This document shows, one piece after another, positions 34,703-45,759 of a DNA stretch of 64,000 nucleotides (the first letter of the stretch is position 1; each line of letters starts with the position of its first letter). The DNA is from an uncultured Nitrospiraceae bacterium (GTDB lineage: Bacteria > Nitrospirota > Thermodesulfovibrionia > Thermodesulfovibrionales > Dissulfurispiraceae). The DNA lies in NCBI GenBank assembly GCA_963705105.1, contig CAVPIW010000005.1, positions 544,001 to 608,000 on the forward strand, given 5' to 3'. A program made the position numbers and the translations under genes. The notes beneath the pieces are model-generated. The model had not been told where the DNA came from and searched no databases. It saw only the letters and a list, made by a program, of their open reading frames with translations.

Positions 34703-35818
34703 TCATGATCTCGTTTCCCGGACCTGTTCCTCGATAAAACGCTGCATCTCCTCCTTCTTCGGCAGTTCGAGTTGGTATTTGGAAACGAAAAGGCCGTTGT
34801 CCATGCCGGCCAGCGCATATTCCACAAGGGTTTGGTCGCGCTGCGTGCACAGAAGGATGCCTATGGGCGGATTGTCCCCCTCCGACATCATGTTTTTTTT
34901 GTACCAGCTCACATAGGTATTGAGCTGGCCGATATTTTCGTGGCTGAACCGTTCGAGTTTTAGCTCCACCAGTACGTGGCACTTGAGTAGTCGGTGGTAA
35001 AAGACAAGGTCCACGAAGTTATGCATATCTCCGATCAATATCCGCTTTTGGCGGGCCTCAAAACAGAACCCGTGCCCCAGCTCCAAGAGGAAATCTTGCA
35101 GTTTATCAAGGAGCTGATCCTCCAGATGCGACTCGCTCATCACTTCCCTTGGCTTCAGTCCAAGGAATTCGAACACATAGGGGTCGCGAATTGCCAGCTT
35201 GGGATCGGCAGCTTCGGCTCCTTTTTGCACCAGTTCAGTCAGTTTTTTCTTGTCCTTTGAAAGTCCGGATCGTTCGTAGTAAAGGCTGGCGATCTGGCGC
35301 TTCAGTTCACGCACCGACCAGTTGCCCCGGAGGCACTCGAGTTCATAAAATGCCCGTTTCAGGTCGTCATCGAGATCGACGAGCAATTCCAAATGGCTGT
35401 AGGAAAACCGTTGGATGATGGTATCCGGCGGGGTGCGCAATTGTGGGGACGCCGTCCCCACTTTCTCAAGGGCCTTTGTTCCAGCAGGCAACAGCTTTTT
35501 CAATTGTGCGGACAGTGTCCCCACAATCTCAGGGTAAAGGCGATAGAAACGCAGATAACGATACAGCTGACGACGGTTGCAGTTACTTACCTTCAGTTCT
35601 GTAAGGCATTTGGCAAGTTCAGCGAGGAGATTGTCGCCGTATTGGGCCCGGTCGGAACCCCGCAACTCGTACTCAGCGATGTAGCAGCCGATTAGCCAGT
35701 TACGCAGCGTCAGGCTCAGGTTAACCGCCCGACCGGCTTGCGCCGCCAACTCTTCATGAGCCTGCTGAATAGCGCCGGTCAGCTTTTCAAAGCTTATTTC
35801 GTGTTCATTCGTGTCCAT
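34703..35818 (-). CDS. DUF1016/YhcG PD-(D/E)xK nuclease-domain protein
   Basis: WSVRELKRQI, RDPYVFEFLGL, LLELGHGFCF, DLVFYH, VELK. Confidence 0.92.
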   Translation of the reverse strand: MDTNEHEISFEKLTGAIQQAHEELAAQAGRAVNLSLTLRNWLIGCYIAEYELRGSDRAQYGDNLLAELAKCLTELKVSNCNRRQLYRYLRFYRLYPEIVGTLSAQLKKLLPAGTKALEKVGTASPQLRTPPDTIIQRFSYSHLELLVDLDDDLKRAFYELECLRGNWSVRELKRQIASLYYERSGLSKDKKKLTELVQKGAEAADPKLAIRDPYVFEFLGLKPREVMSESHLEDQLLDKLQDFLLELGHGFCFEARQKRILIGDMHNFVDLVFYHRLLKCHVLVELKLERFSHENIGQLNTYVSWYKKNMMSEGDNPPIGILLCTQRDQTLVEYALAGMDNGLFVSKYQLELPKKEEMQRFIEEQVRETRS

Positions 35819-35827
35819 TCGTGGTTC

Positions 35828-37291
<1,464 letters not shown>

Positions 37292-37292
<1 letters not shown>

Positions 37293-37495
37293 TAGCGATC
37301 TCCTCCTGAACCGGGCTCGTTGACACCGGCTCCGCCAGACTTCACCCACTCGTCCACTTCGTCTTTGCGGAATTTCCAAAGGCGGCCCATCCGGTGCGCA
37401 GGCATCTGCTTTTCAGAAATCCACTTGTAGACCGTATCCCGCTTGATGCCGAGATAGGCCGCAATCTCATCCACAGAAAGCCATCGATCTTTCAT
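37292..37495 (-). CDS. Excisionase-family helix-turn-helix protein
   Basis: WLSVDEIAAYLG..RDTVYKW...MPAHRMGRLWKF; TAATG-coupled to brxF. Confidence 0.9.
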
Positions 37496-37622
37496 CACTG
37501 ACTCCAGTCGATTCATTTCACGTCCCAAATCTGAATACCTTCACCTTGTCGATTGACGATCGGTAGCTGCCGGATGAACTCCATCGGCTTTCATCCGGCT
37601 TAATCGGAACAAACTGACCTAA

Positions 37623-37650
37623 ATTATACAAAAGGTGGCGTGCCTGTCAA
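37623..37650 (-). promoter_or_regulatory. Consensus sigma70 promoter of BREX remnant
   Basis: TTGACA-N16-TATAAT; 10-bp inverted repeat at 37569-37599 in the leader. Confidence 0.75.
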
Positions 37651-37690
37651 CTTGTTTTTCCGAGTTTCTCTAGTTTTGACCGAACGGAGG

Positions 37691-37860
37691 CTATCGGGGC
37701 CAACTGGAGCTGCCGAGAGGGGTAAGCCTGCCCGAGATCAGGCCTTCACCCACATAGAGCCAAGCCAGGAGATCGAAGTCGTTTGTCCGGACGGGGACCA
37801 GGACGCGGCGGTAGAGGCAGGTCCCGTCGGGATTGAAACCCTCCAGCCAGTCGATGGCCG
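37691..37860 (-). pseudogene. C-terminal fragment of gamma-glutamylcyclotransferase-like gene
   Basis: IDWLEGF....CLYRRVLVPV....AWLY pattern; N-terminal FVYGTL region absent. Confidence 0.5.
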
Positions 37861-37936
37861 AGCGGCTGGCTTCGAAACGCAAAATCAAGAAGGACGTGAA
37901 GGGTGGCGTAGGTGGGCGTGAGTATGGCAGAAACGA

Positions 37937-37972
37937 CGAGACCCCGCAGGGATCAACCCACGGGGTCTTGCG
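37937..37972. terminator. Stem-loop downstream of tRNA-Asn
   Basis: AGACCCCG / CGGGGTCT inverted repeat. Confidence 0.5.
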
Positions 37973-38008
37973 TTTTATAAGGACCGCTGAAGTCAGCGGA
38001 TTGAATGC

Positions 38009-38084
38009 TGGCTCCTGGGGAGGGATTCGAACCCCCGACCAAGTGGTTAACAGCCACCCGCTCTGCCAGCTGAGCTACCCAGGA
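38009..38084 (-). tRNA. tRNA-Asn(GTT)
   Basis: Cloverleaf TCCTGGG/CCCAGGA, anticodon GTT, CCA encoded. Confidence 0.97.
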
Positions 38085-38249
38085 ACAGATGATTATTATA
38101 CAAGAAGGATGGATTCAGAGGCAACAGCGCCCCGTTCAAAGAAAACGTTTTTTGTTGCAGAAACCTGTTACAGAAACATGGTACACTAAAGACATACCGG
38201 TTTTTTACATGGGACCGGCAAAGACTGTCAACGCAAAGGAGGACACACC

Positions 38250-38795
38250 ATCGCCAATCCAAGAGGAGCACCGCCCGTGCGGGTCGTCGATACAACCCGC
38301 GTCAATGAGAAGATCAGGTTAAGCAAAGCGAAAGAGATCCGTGTCGTCGCCGATGAAGGCCAAATCGGCATCATGGACATCGATTCGGCATTGAAGATCG
38401 CCGCGGAACGGGATCTGGACCTCGTGGAAATCAGCCCCCAGGCTGAGCCGCCGGTCTGTAAGATCATGGACTACCGGAAGTTCAAGTTCGATCAGGGCAA
38501 GAAAGCGCGGAAGGCCAAAAAGCAGCAAACGACCTCCACACTCAAGGAAATCAGGATGCGCCCGACCATCGATACCAACGATTATGAGTTCAAGGTGCGA
38601 AATGCGCGGAAATTCATCGAACACGGCGATAAGGTGAAGGTAACCATGCGTTTCAGAGGGCGGGAATTCAGCCGTCAGGACCTCGGGGCGGATGTTCTGA
38701 ACAGGTTTGCTTCGGATCTGGCGGATATCGCCAAAGTAGAATCGCAGCCGAAAATGGAGGGCCGCCAGATGGTCATGGTCCTGAAAGCGTCATAG
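38250..38795 (+). CDS. infC: Translation initiation factor IF-3 (probable ATC start)
   Basis: DLVEISPQAEPPVCKIMDY, KEIRMRP, GDKVKVTMRFRGRE; AAGGAGG-N7-ATC in frame. Confidence 0.95.
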   Translation: MANPRGAPPVRVVDTTRVNEKIRLSKAKEIRVVADEGQIGIMDIDSALKIAAERDLDLVEISPQAEPPVCKIMDYRKFKFDQGKKARKAKKQQTTSTLKEIRMRPTIDTNDYEFKVRNARKFIEHGDKVKVTMRFRGREFSRQDLGADVLNRFASDLADIAKVESQPKMEGRQMVMVLKAS

Positions 38796-38823
38796 ATTTC
38801 CTCCGAGGAATGCGGGGAGAGAC

Positions 38824-39043
38824 TTAACCTTATCGTTGCAATAGGACATCCGGAAAGGCGGGGCGAAGATGCCGAGAAGCCTTGGTGCTGCGAAACCTTT
38901 GCCTTCCCATACGGATCATGTCAGGCTGACGGTTGATGACACAAAGGGTGGAATCCCGAATGTCCAATTTCAAATGATCATGCTCGCTATCAGCAAGGCC
39001 TTGAGGCACTTTGTCCCGCCTTTTGATGCAACTGGAAGGTTAA
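38824..39043 (+). repeat. Family A copy 8 (beta, full length, TTAA at both ends)
   Basis: TTAACCTTATCGTTGCA ... TGCAACTGGAAGGTTAA. Confidence 0.92.
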
Positions 39044-39084
39044 AAGATCTCAAACCGGAGCCTGTGAGCGTTCGTATGTGCGCT

Positions 39085-39882
39085 TCACTCCGGTTGCATA
39101 TCCTGCTGCGCTTTTTCCTCATAAGCAGGAAGGCGAAATGAAAAACACGCCCCGCCTCCCAATGTGCTCTCGCACCACAGTTCCCCGCCGAGCTTATCGA
39201 TCAGCTCCTTGGCCACCGCCAACCCGTAGCCGCTCGAAGATTCGTCCCCCGTGGGTGCGGAGCTGAGCCGGACACCCCGCTGAAACAGCTTCGCCTGGTC
39301 CTCCTCGCTCAATCCCGGTCCTTCATCGCAGACGCTGCACGCCACACCTGTCACTTCCCGTCGCACCTGAACCCGTATTTTCTTTCCGGGAAAAGAATAC
39401 TTCACGGCGTTTGACAGAAGGTTGTCCAAGACAGCCGACACGGCCACGGGATCTGTCCATACCGGAGGAATGTCGGCATTGAGCTCACAGGAAATGGAGA
39501 TATTCTTGCGGTCAGCGATGCGCCGGTAATAATTGCATACCCGCTGCACCAACGGAGGCAAATCCCACTTCAGGAACCGGAATGCGGCATCCGTGGGTGC
39601 CGACAACGTTATCAACTGGCTGACCGTGTGACGCATCAACTCCGTCACATGGGACAGTCCTTCAAGCCATTTTCGGATCTGGGGATCCGGGTTGTCTGTC
39701 AATGATATGAGGAGTAATTCAACGGTGGCCCCTGCGATCGTCAAATAGTTATTGAGTGCATGCGCCGAAAAACCGACCACTCCCGGATCGAAAGCCGGTA
39801 TCTTCTCGATCTCGCGCAGCGCCTGCTCCAGATCGGCCTGTGCCCTCAGGATCGATGCAGAAGCATGCTCTTTCTCGTTCAT
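39085..39882 (-). CDS. Soluble histidine kinase without sensor domain
   Basis: AHALNNYL H-box-like, NLLSNAVKYS, DEGPG, GYGLAV. Confidence 0.85.
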   Translation of the reverse strand: MNEKEHASASILRAQADLEQALREIEKIPAFDPGVVGFSAHALNNYLTIAGATVELLLISLTDNPDPQIRKWLEGLSHVTELMRHTVSQLITLSAPTDAAFRFLKWDLPPLVQRVCNYYRRIADRKNISISCELNADIPPVWTDPVAVSAVLDNLLSNAVKYSFPGKKIRVQVRREVTGVACSVCDEGPGLSEEDQAKLFQRGVRLSSAPTGDESSSGYGLAVAKELIDKLGGELWCESTLGGGACFSFRLPAYEEKAQQDMQPE

Positions 39883-40100
39883 GTCCCCCCCAAACTGCCT
39901 CTCTGTACCATTAGTATATACCGCCGTTTGGTAAGAGTGATGCCCTTAGGATCACGGAAACAGCCTCTGCCGTTAATTTTATCACAGGTTCGGGCAAACT
40001 GTTTCGTGAAGGACGGAAATCGCACCAAATTGCAGCATCCGACAAAAACACCGTCTTCCGTCAAAGCAAAGAGCGTCATCTCACGCCTCACCGTCATACC

Positions 40101-41000
40101 TCAGCATGCTCCTTTTCCGGAGCTGAGAACGAGGCATTCCTCCTCCGCATCGTCAGGAAGAAGGAATGCCGTTCTGTCCAGCTCATTGCCCGTGATGTCA
40201 CGGTAGACGAGCTCATCCGTTTCGAGGTCGTATTCCGGTATGGAGGGGTCCTGCCATCGCGTCTGGAAATGCTGGTACAGGGGGTTGTAAAAGCTTCCGG
40301 GATTATTGCCGTGCTTGAAGACGAACTCCGGCATCTGCCGGACATCGAGGCCGGGGTGATAGTGGCGCACATAGAGGTAGTCGCCCAGTATGGCAAGTTT
40401 GAACAGGGGGGCGTCCCGGTAGAGCTTGAGCCTGATGTTTTTCTGGATTGCCTTCAGGCCCTTGAGAAACCCGATGCTCTTCCGGATCTGTTCCTGGAAA
40501 CCCTCCTCCATGGCCGTCAGGCTCCGGGCCCGGGCGCGCGCTCCCTCTCCGCTCGGGTCGAGGAGCATGATCCTCGCCTCGCGGCAGGTGTGCAGGACAC
40601 GGTGCAGGTCTCCTGCGGGATCGGCAAGGGTCCTGTAGCCAGTGGAACCGATGATCATCACATCCCTGCCGAAGCCTTGCTTCTCTCTCAGTTTCTTCTG
40701 TCTCGTCTGTGTGAAAGGCCCGCGGACTGACGATGAAAAGACGAGCCCGGCCCCTCTCGCTATCCCGGACATGAGCCTGTCCTTCCAGCTCCTTCCCAGG
40801 TAGTTGAAAAACAGGATCAGGGTGACGGCCAGCGCGATCTCGACGGAAATGAGAAAGACCTTCTGGCTCTCGACAAAGGACCAGTACAGGAGGAATTTCC
40901 TCGCGAGAAAAGCGACGGCGGAGGGCAAGGAAAGTGCTATACCGGCGCTGAGAACGACGATGACGACATGATGCAATATCTGAAATAAATTTTTCAGCAT
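40101..41000 (-). CDS. Hypothetical membrane protein (2 N-terminal TMs + cytoplasmic domain)
   Basis: GAGGT RBS, coding-like composition, TM segments. Confidence 0.7.
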   Translation of the reverse strand: MLKNLFQILHHVVIVVLSAGIALSLPSAVAFLARKFLLYWSFVESQKVFLISVEIALAVTLILFFNYLGRSWKDRLMSGIARGAGLVFSSSVRGPFTQTRQKKLREKQGFGRDVMIIGSTGYRTLADPAGDLHRVLHTCREARIMLLDPSGEGARARARSLTAMEEGFQEQIRKSIGFLKGLKAIQKNIRLKLYRDAPLFKLAILGDYLYVRHYHPGLDVRQMPEFVFKHGNNPGSFYNPLYQHFQTRWQDPSIPEYDLETDELVYRDITGNELDRTAFLLPDDAEEECLVLSSGKGAC

Positions 41001-41069
41001 GAGTACCTCTTTTTCTTTGTTGTTGCTGTGAAGGCGGGGGCGAAGCGCCCCGCGGGGAGAAAGAAGATG

Positions 41070-41423
41070 TCAGGAAAGCGCGATGAGTGCCATGACGAGG
41101 GAAAGCGCGAGTTCCGCTCCGGCGCTCCCGCTTTCCCGTTCTATCCGGCTGCAGAGGGAACCGATAAGCCTGAGATCGTCGTCACTCAGGGAGTTGAGTT
41201 TCTCGTGCACCTTTTCGATGAGGCGTCTGTCTCCGATCCTGACTTCGAGGATCGAAAGGATTTCGGCTATGCTGTCTTTCGACGCTGACAGTATGTGGGT
41301 TTCCGCTACGATGTGCGCAGCGCCCCTTGCGAGGGCCTCTGGTGCATGAATGGCGAATGCGAGCATGATCACCAATAGACACTTTAGAAGAATCTGAAAG
41401 AGATGATGAGATTTATTTCTCAT
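41070..41423 (-). CDS. Small exported/membrane hypothetical protein
   Basis: GGGAGG RBS, signal peptide, hydrophobic C-terminus. Confidence 0.7.
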   Translation of the reverse strand: MRNKSHHLFQILLKCLLVIMLAFAIHAPEALARGAAHIVAETHILSASKDSIAEILSILEVRIGDRRLIEKVHEKLNSLSDDDLRLIGSLCSRIERESGSAGAELALSLVMALIALS

Positions 41424-41472
41424 GGTACCTCCCTTTTCTAACTATATCCTGAATACGACTTCAGCAATTATA

Positions 41473-41488
41473 AGCAATATGCATGCCA
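41473..41488 (-). promoter_or_regulatory. Sigma54 -24/-12 promoter
   Basis: TGGCAT-GCATA-TTGCT. Confidence 0.7.
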
Positions 41489-41510
41489 GATAGGCATTGT
41501 CCATACATAA

Positions 41511-41650
41511 TTAGAGCCTGTCCATAAAGTAACCTTCATCTGTTATGCCCGCAACCCCGCACTTGATGCGGGGGCGTCGGGAATCCTTCTGAAAGAACGA
41601 AGCCGGAATGACATACAAACTGCAACTTCCTGAGTTTATAAACAATTTGA
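41511..41650 (-). repeat. Repeat family B, second copy (extra fragment at 41676-41712)
   Basis: TTAGAGCCTGTCCATAAA...GGGAATCCTTCTGAAA..AAGCCGGAATGAC; matches 25241-25385. Confidence 0.8.
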
Positions 41651-41836
41651 GATGATTTTTTACCTGTGATGTAAAACCTGTCCACATAGACAGTAATCTG
41701 GTCATTCCGGTTTAAGCGTACTCCATCAGTAAAAGGACGCTCTTGTCGGATGAACCAGAAATTTGCCTGCAGATGTATATATTTTCATACACTCCGGGGC
41801 GGTCAAAATATCTGCTGCCGATCGTCGCTTTGCAGA

Positions 41837-42304
41837 TCACCCCAGGGGGATGATTTCGGCGGTGACGCCGTTTCCCCTGACCCTGAGCAGTGCCAGGGTG
41901 ACGGGCAGGCGGAACCGGCGGGGGCCGGCGCTTCCCGGGTTCAGGTAGAGGACGCTGTTGCGGGAGAAGATGGCGGGGCGGTGTGAGTGGCCATAAATGA
42001 CGGCGCTGAATCCCGATACGGACGGATTAAGGTCGAGGTCGCCGATGTCATGGAGCACATAGAGCATGACGTCGCCGACCGTGACCGTCTCCGTCAGGGG
42101 GAGATCGCGGGACCACATCATGCTGTCCATATTCCCTCTTACCGCCACGACGGGGGCGATTTTTCTCAGGCCTTCGAGGATCTCCGGCGAGCCGATATCC
42201 CCGGCGTGGAGGATCGTCTCGACACCCTTCATCGCGGCGATGGCCTCGGGGCGCAGGAGTCCGTGCGTGTCGGAGATGACGCCGATCAGATGTTCCTGTT
42301 CCAT
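41837..42304 (-). CDS. YfcE-like metallophosphoesterase
   Basis: SDTH, HAGD, GNMD, GHSH, NPGS. Confidence 0.92.
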   Translation of the reverse strand: MEQEHLIGVISDTHGLLRPEAIAAMKGVETILHAGDIGSPEILEGLRKIAPVVAVRGNMDSMMWSRDLPLTETVTVGDVMLYVLHDIGDLDLNPSVSGFSAVIYGHSHRPAIFSRNSVLYLNPGSAGPRRFRLPVTLALLRVRGNGVTAEIIPLG

Positions 42305-42374
42305 AGGCGGACCGGAATATTATACGGGAAAGTCTTAGTATCTGAAAGCAGGTCATTTTCTGCTAAAATATACG

Positions 42375-43226
42375 ATGTGTTCCACCGTCATGCGCAGGTT
42401 CCTCTACCGGTCCGTCGGTGCGCTGGCAATGCTTGCCACCCTGTGCACGGCGCCTGCCTATTCCCATGAAACCATTAAGATAGGCAGCATCGGCGCCGCC
42501 GCGGGTATGATGAAAACCGTCTCCCGGGAGTTCGAAAAACACCACCGCACGATCAAAGTCAAGGTTCTCCCGATCCCGGACCCCTCGGGCGGGATCCAGG
42601 CTGTGTCGGAGAATGCGATCGACATCGGGGTGACGTCCCGCTCCCTCCGGGGGGATGAGAAGAAACGGGGACTTGTCGCCGTTCTCTTTGCCAGGACGCC
42701 TCTCATGCCCGTCTCGAACAGGGATGTCGGGATCAAGGGATTGAAGACCCACGAACTGGTGAGCATCTACCAGGGAAAAACCCTGAAGTGGCCGAACGGC
42801 AAGCAGGTGCGCCTCATCATGAGACCCGCTGCGGAGACCGACATGCAGCTCATCAGGAAGATTTCGCCGGAGATGAGGGCCGCCGTCGACAACGCCCTTT
42901 CCCGGCCGGGGATGAATCTGGCACGGACCGATCAGGACAATCTGAAAAAACTGGAGCGGGTGTCCGGCGCCGTCGGATTTGCGACATTGTCGCAGGTACT
43001 CTCGGAAGGGCGGAGCGTCAGCCCTCTTGCCTTCAACAGCCTGGCCCCGACCGTCGAAGCCGTTGCAAAGGGGCGTTATCCCGTCGTGAAGTCCTTTTAT
43101 TTTGTGAGGAAAAAAGATCCTTCCCCTGAGGAGCGGGCGTTCGTCGCTTTTCTCCTGTCGGCGAAGGGCAGGAAGATCCTGAAGGAAGCGGGCTGCGCGC
43201 CCGCTCCGGGAGCGCCGGAGAGGTAA
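42375..43226 (+). CDS. PstS-like periplasmic binding protein
   Basis: Signal peptide, GGIQAV..IDIGVTSRSL, IYQGK..KW, GRYP. Confidence 0.8.
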   Translation: MCSTVMRRFLYRSVGALAMLATLCTAPAYSHETIKIGSIGAAAGMMKTVSREFEKHHRTIKVKVLPIPDPSGGIQAVSENAIDIGVTSRSLRGDEKKRGLVAVLFARTPLMPVSNRDVGIKGLKTHELVSIYQGKTLKWPNGKQVRLIMRPAAETDMQLIRKISPEMRAAVDNALSRPGMNLARTDQDNLKKLERVSGAVGFATLSQVLSEGRSVSPLAFNSLAPTVEAVAKGRYPVVKSFYFVRKKDPSPEERAFVAFLLSAKGRKILKEAGCAPAPGAPER

Positions 43227-43228
43227 TC

Positions 43229-44611
43229 ATGCCGGAGAGAAAGAACATCACGAGGATCATCAGTTGGCTCACGGCCCTTATCCTTGCCGTCGTCCTGATC
43301 GTTCCTCCCTGCGGATATTACCTCATCTCCTACAACTATGCCGCCGGAAGTCTCGAGACGGAGGCGACGATCACGGCCGGTATCATTACCCAGATCATCA
43401 GCGCAAACCCGGGGTTGTGGGAATATGAGCAGGCAAGCCTGAAAGATCTCCTCCTTCACCGTACCGCTGAGGGTGAAGCGTATGCCGAGGTGCGCCGTAT
43501 TTATAATGCCGAGCAGCGTCTCATCGTCGAGATCGCCGAGGAACTGCACTATCCAGTCATCGTCCGGTCGAGGCCCCTCTATGATTCCGGAGTCGTCGTG
43601 GGCATGATCCAGATATCCCGGTCCCTGCGCCCCCTCCTCGTTCGTTCGGCCGTCATCGCCCTCGTGATGATCCCCCTGTGCGTCGGCGTCTTCCTCGTGC
43701 TCCGCCATCTACCCATCCGCACGATCGAGGAGGCGGAGGAAGCCCTTAAGCAGGCCAAGCAGCGGTACCAGAGGATTGTCGAGGACCTGCCGGACCTCGT
43801 CTGCAGGTACAAGCCCGATACGACGATCACCTTCGTCAACGACGCGTACGCCCAGTTTTTCGGCAAGACCGCCGATGAGCTCATCGGGACGAGCTTCCTC
43901 GCCCTCGTGCCCCGGGAGACCCACGAATACATCCTGCAGAGCATCGCCTCGCTGACCCGCGAATTGCCTGTCATTTCCATGGAGCACGAGGTACGCGCTC
44001 ACGACGGGTCTGTGCGATGGCAGCACTGGCGTGACCGGGCCTTCTTCGACGAGACGGGAACGATGACGGAGATCCAGTCCATCGGCCAGGACATCACCGA
44101 GCGGAAGGAGATGGAGGAGAAACTCAAAACCCTTTCGATCACCGATGATCTGACGGGCCTCTATAACCGCCGGGGATTTTACGCCCTGGCGGAGCAACAG
44201 ATGAAGATGGCGCGCCGGATGAAGGCCGACATGGTCATCCTGTCGGCGGACCTCGACAATCTCAAGGAGATCAATGACACCCAAGGCCACCAGAGGGGCG
44301 ATCAGGCAATTTCGGAAGCGGCCCGGGCCATACAGGAATCATTCCGCGCGTCCGATATCATCGCCCGCGTCGGAGGCGACGAGTTCGCCGTTTTTCAGAT
44401 AAAAAACAGCGCTGTCGACACCGGCATCCTCACGAACCGCCTGGCGTCGAAGCTCGAACAGATCAACAGGGAGGGGAGAAACGGGGTGGTTGTTGCCATG
44501 AGCGTCGGCGTGGCGTCCTTCCCGGCCGATTCACCCTGTACGATCGACGAGATGCTCGACCGGGCGGACAAGCTCATGTATGAGCAGAAACGACTGAAGC
44601 GGGGGGCATGA
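43229..44611 (+). CDS. Membrane-bound PAS-GGDEF diguanylate cyclase
   Basis: 2 TMs, PAS/PAC, DDLTGLYNRR, RASD I-site, GGDEF. Confidence 0.93.
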   Translation: MPERKNITRIISWLTALILAVVLIVPPCGYYLISYNYAAGSLETEATITAGIITQIISANPGLWEYEQASLKDLLLHRTAEGEAYAEVRRIYNAEQRLIVEIAEELHYPVIVRSRPLYDSGVVVGMIQISRSLRPLLVRSAVIALVMIPLCVGVFLVLRHLPIRTIEEAEEALKQAKQRYQRIVEDLPDLVCRYKPDTTITFVNDAYAQFFGKTADELIGTSFLALVPRETHEYILQSIASLTRELPVISMEHEVRAHDGSVRWQHWRDRAFFDETGTMTEIQSIGQDITERKEMEEKLKTLSITDDLTGLYNRRGFYALAEQQMKMARRMKADMVILSADLDNLKEINDTQGHQRGDQAISEAARAIQESFRASDIIARVGGDEFAVFQIKNSAVDTGILTNRLASKLEQINREGRNGVVVAMSVGVASFPADSPCTIDEMLDRADKLMYEQKRLKRGA

Positions 44612-45514
44612 TCAGGCGCTCCCGCTCTCCTCTTCCCCCATCTTCCGGAGGAGGGGAGTGAAAGCGGCAGGGAGCCTGCTCCCAAATGCCATAACCGTGC
44701 CTGTGACGGGGTGCCTGAATGTGATCGACGAGGCATGGAGGGCGAGGCGGCCGATCGGGTTCGTCCGTGAGCCGTATCTCCTGTCGCCCGCCACGGGATG
44801 GTCGATCGAGGCGAGGTGCACTCTGATCTGGTGTTTCCGCCCCGTCACGAGCTTCACTTCCACAAGTGCGTGGTCCCTTCCCCATCTCAGCACGCGATAC
44901 TCCGTGACGGCAAGCCGGGCGCCGCTCGTTTCCCCGGCGACGTAAACCTTGAGGGTGCTCATCTCGCTCACATAGCCGCTGATCACACCCTCCCGCCGTC
45001 CCGGCACGCCATCGACGACGGCGAGGTACCGTTTTTCCACTGATTTCCATTGATTGCGGAGCCGTTGCTGGACATTTTCCGACTTCGCGAAGATCAGCAG
45101 CCCCGATGTGTCGCGGTCGAGACGGTGGACGATGAAGACGCGCTCTCCCTTGTCCGGGCTTTTCGCCTTCAGGTACTCGTTCAGCAGAAAGTAGAGCGTG
45201 TTACGCCTTTCCGACTCCGTCGCCATTGTCAGCAGACCGGCCGGTTTTTCGACGACCATGATGGCATCGTCCTCGTAACGGATTGCGATGCCCGAACGGC
45301 GGATGACATCGGTTGCGACGCCGGCGGACGATGTCCTGACGGTGATCCTGTCGCCCGGCGAAAGGGGCATTTCGGGATGGCGGACCGCCTCGCCGTTGAC
45401 CGAGAGTGCCTTGTATTTAAGGAGTTGCCTGATCCTGTTCCTGCTGTAGCCGTGGCGCAGGAGCAGGCCCGAAAGAGTGTCATTGTCGCGGACGGTGTAG
45501 GTGATCACGTGCAA
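44612..45514 (-). CDS. RluA-family pseudouridine synthase with S4 domain
   Basis: KPAGL, HRLDRDTSG, GRKHQIRVH, LHA. Confidence 0.94.
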   Translation of the reverse strand: MHVITYTVRDNDTLSGLLLRHGYSRNRIRQLLKYKALSVNGEAVRHPEMPLSPGDRITVRTSSAGVATDVIRRSGIAIRYEDDAIMVVEKPAGLLTMATESERRNTLYFLLNEYLKAKSPDKGERVFIVHRLDRDTSGLLIFAKSENVQQRLRNQWKSVEKRYLAVVDGVPGRREGVISGYVSEMSTLKVYVAGETSGARLAVTEYRVLRWGRDHALVEVKLVTGRKHQIRVHLASIDHPVAGDRRYGSRTNPIGRLALHASSITFRHPVTGTVMAFGSRLPAAFTPLLRKMGEEESGSA

Positions 45515-45759
45515 TTATACCCGAAGGACCGGCCCGGATAAAAGTGCCCTGTGAATCTTGCAGCTGCATGAAAAGGCGGGGAAATGATGCCACGAAATAT
45601 TGGACAATAGACTTAGTCGGAACAAGGCCAAAAACACAATGACGGGAGCACTGCTCACAGCAATGTTTTCGATGTTTGGTGAACTGCCGGCGCAGCGTTC
45701 CCTTTTCACCGGAACCATGATATCATGTCACTGGGATCTGATAATTTCAAGGAGGCTCT

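Noticed and set aside
34555..34827. N-terminal extension of the 577-aa ORF, and likewise extensions on 54243-56099, 11191-11970, 4788-5804, 36816-37379
   Set aside because: Overlap neighbouring genes or repeats; better RBS-supported starts lie downstream
35797..35826. ATTCGTGTYC decamer repeats at the DUF1016 start
   Set aside because: Only three short units of a common low-complexity motif; no further structure
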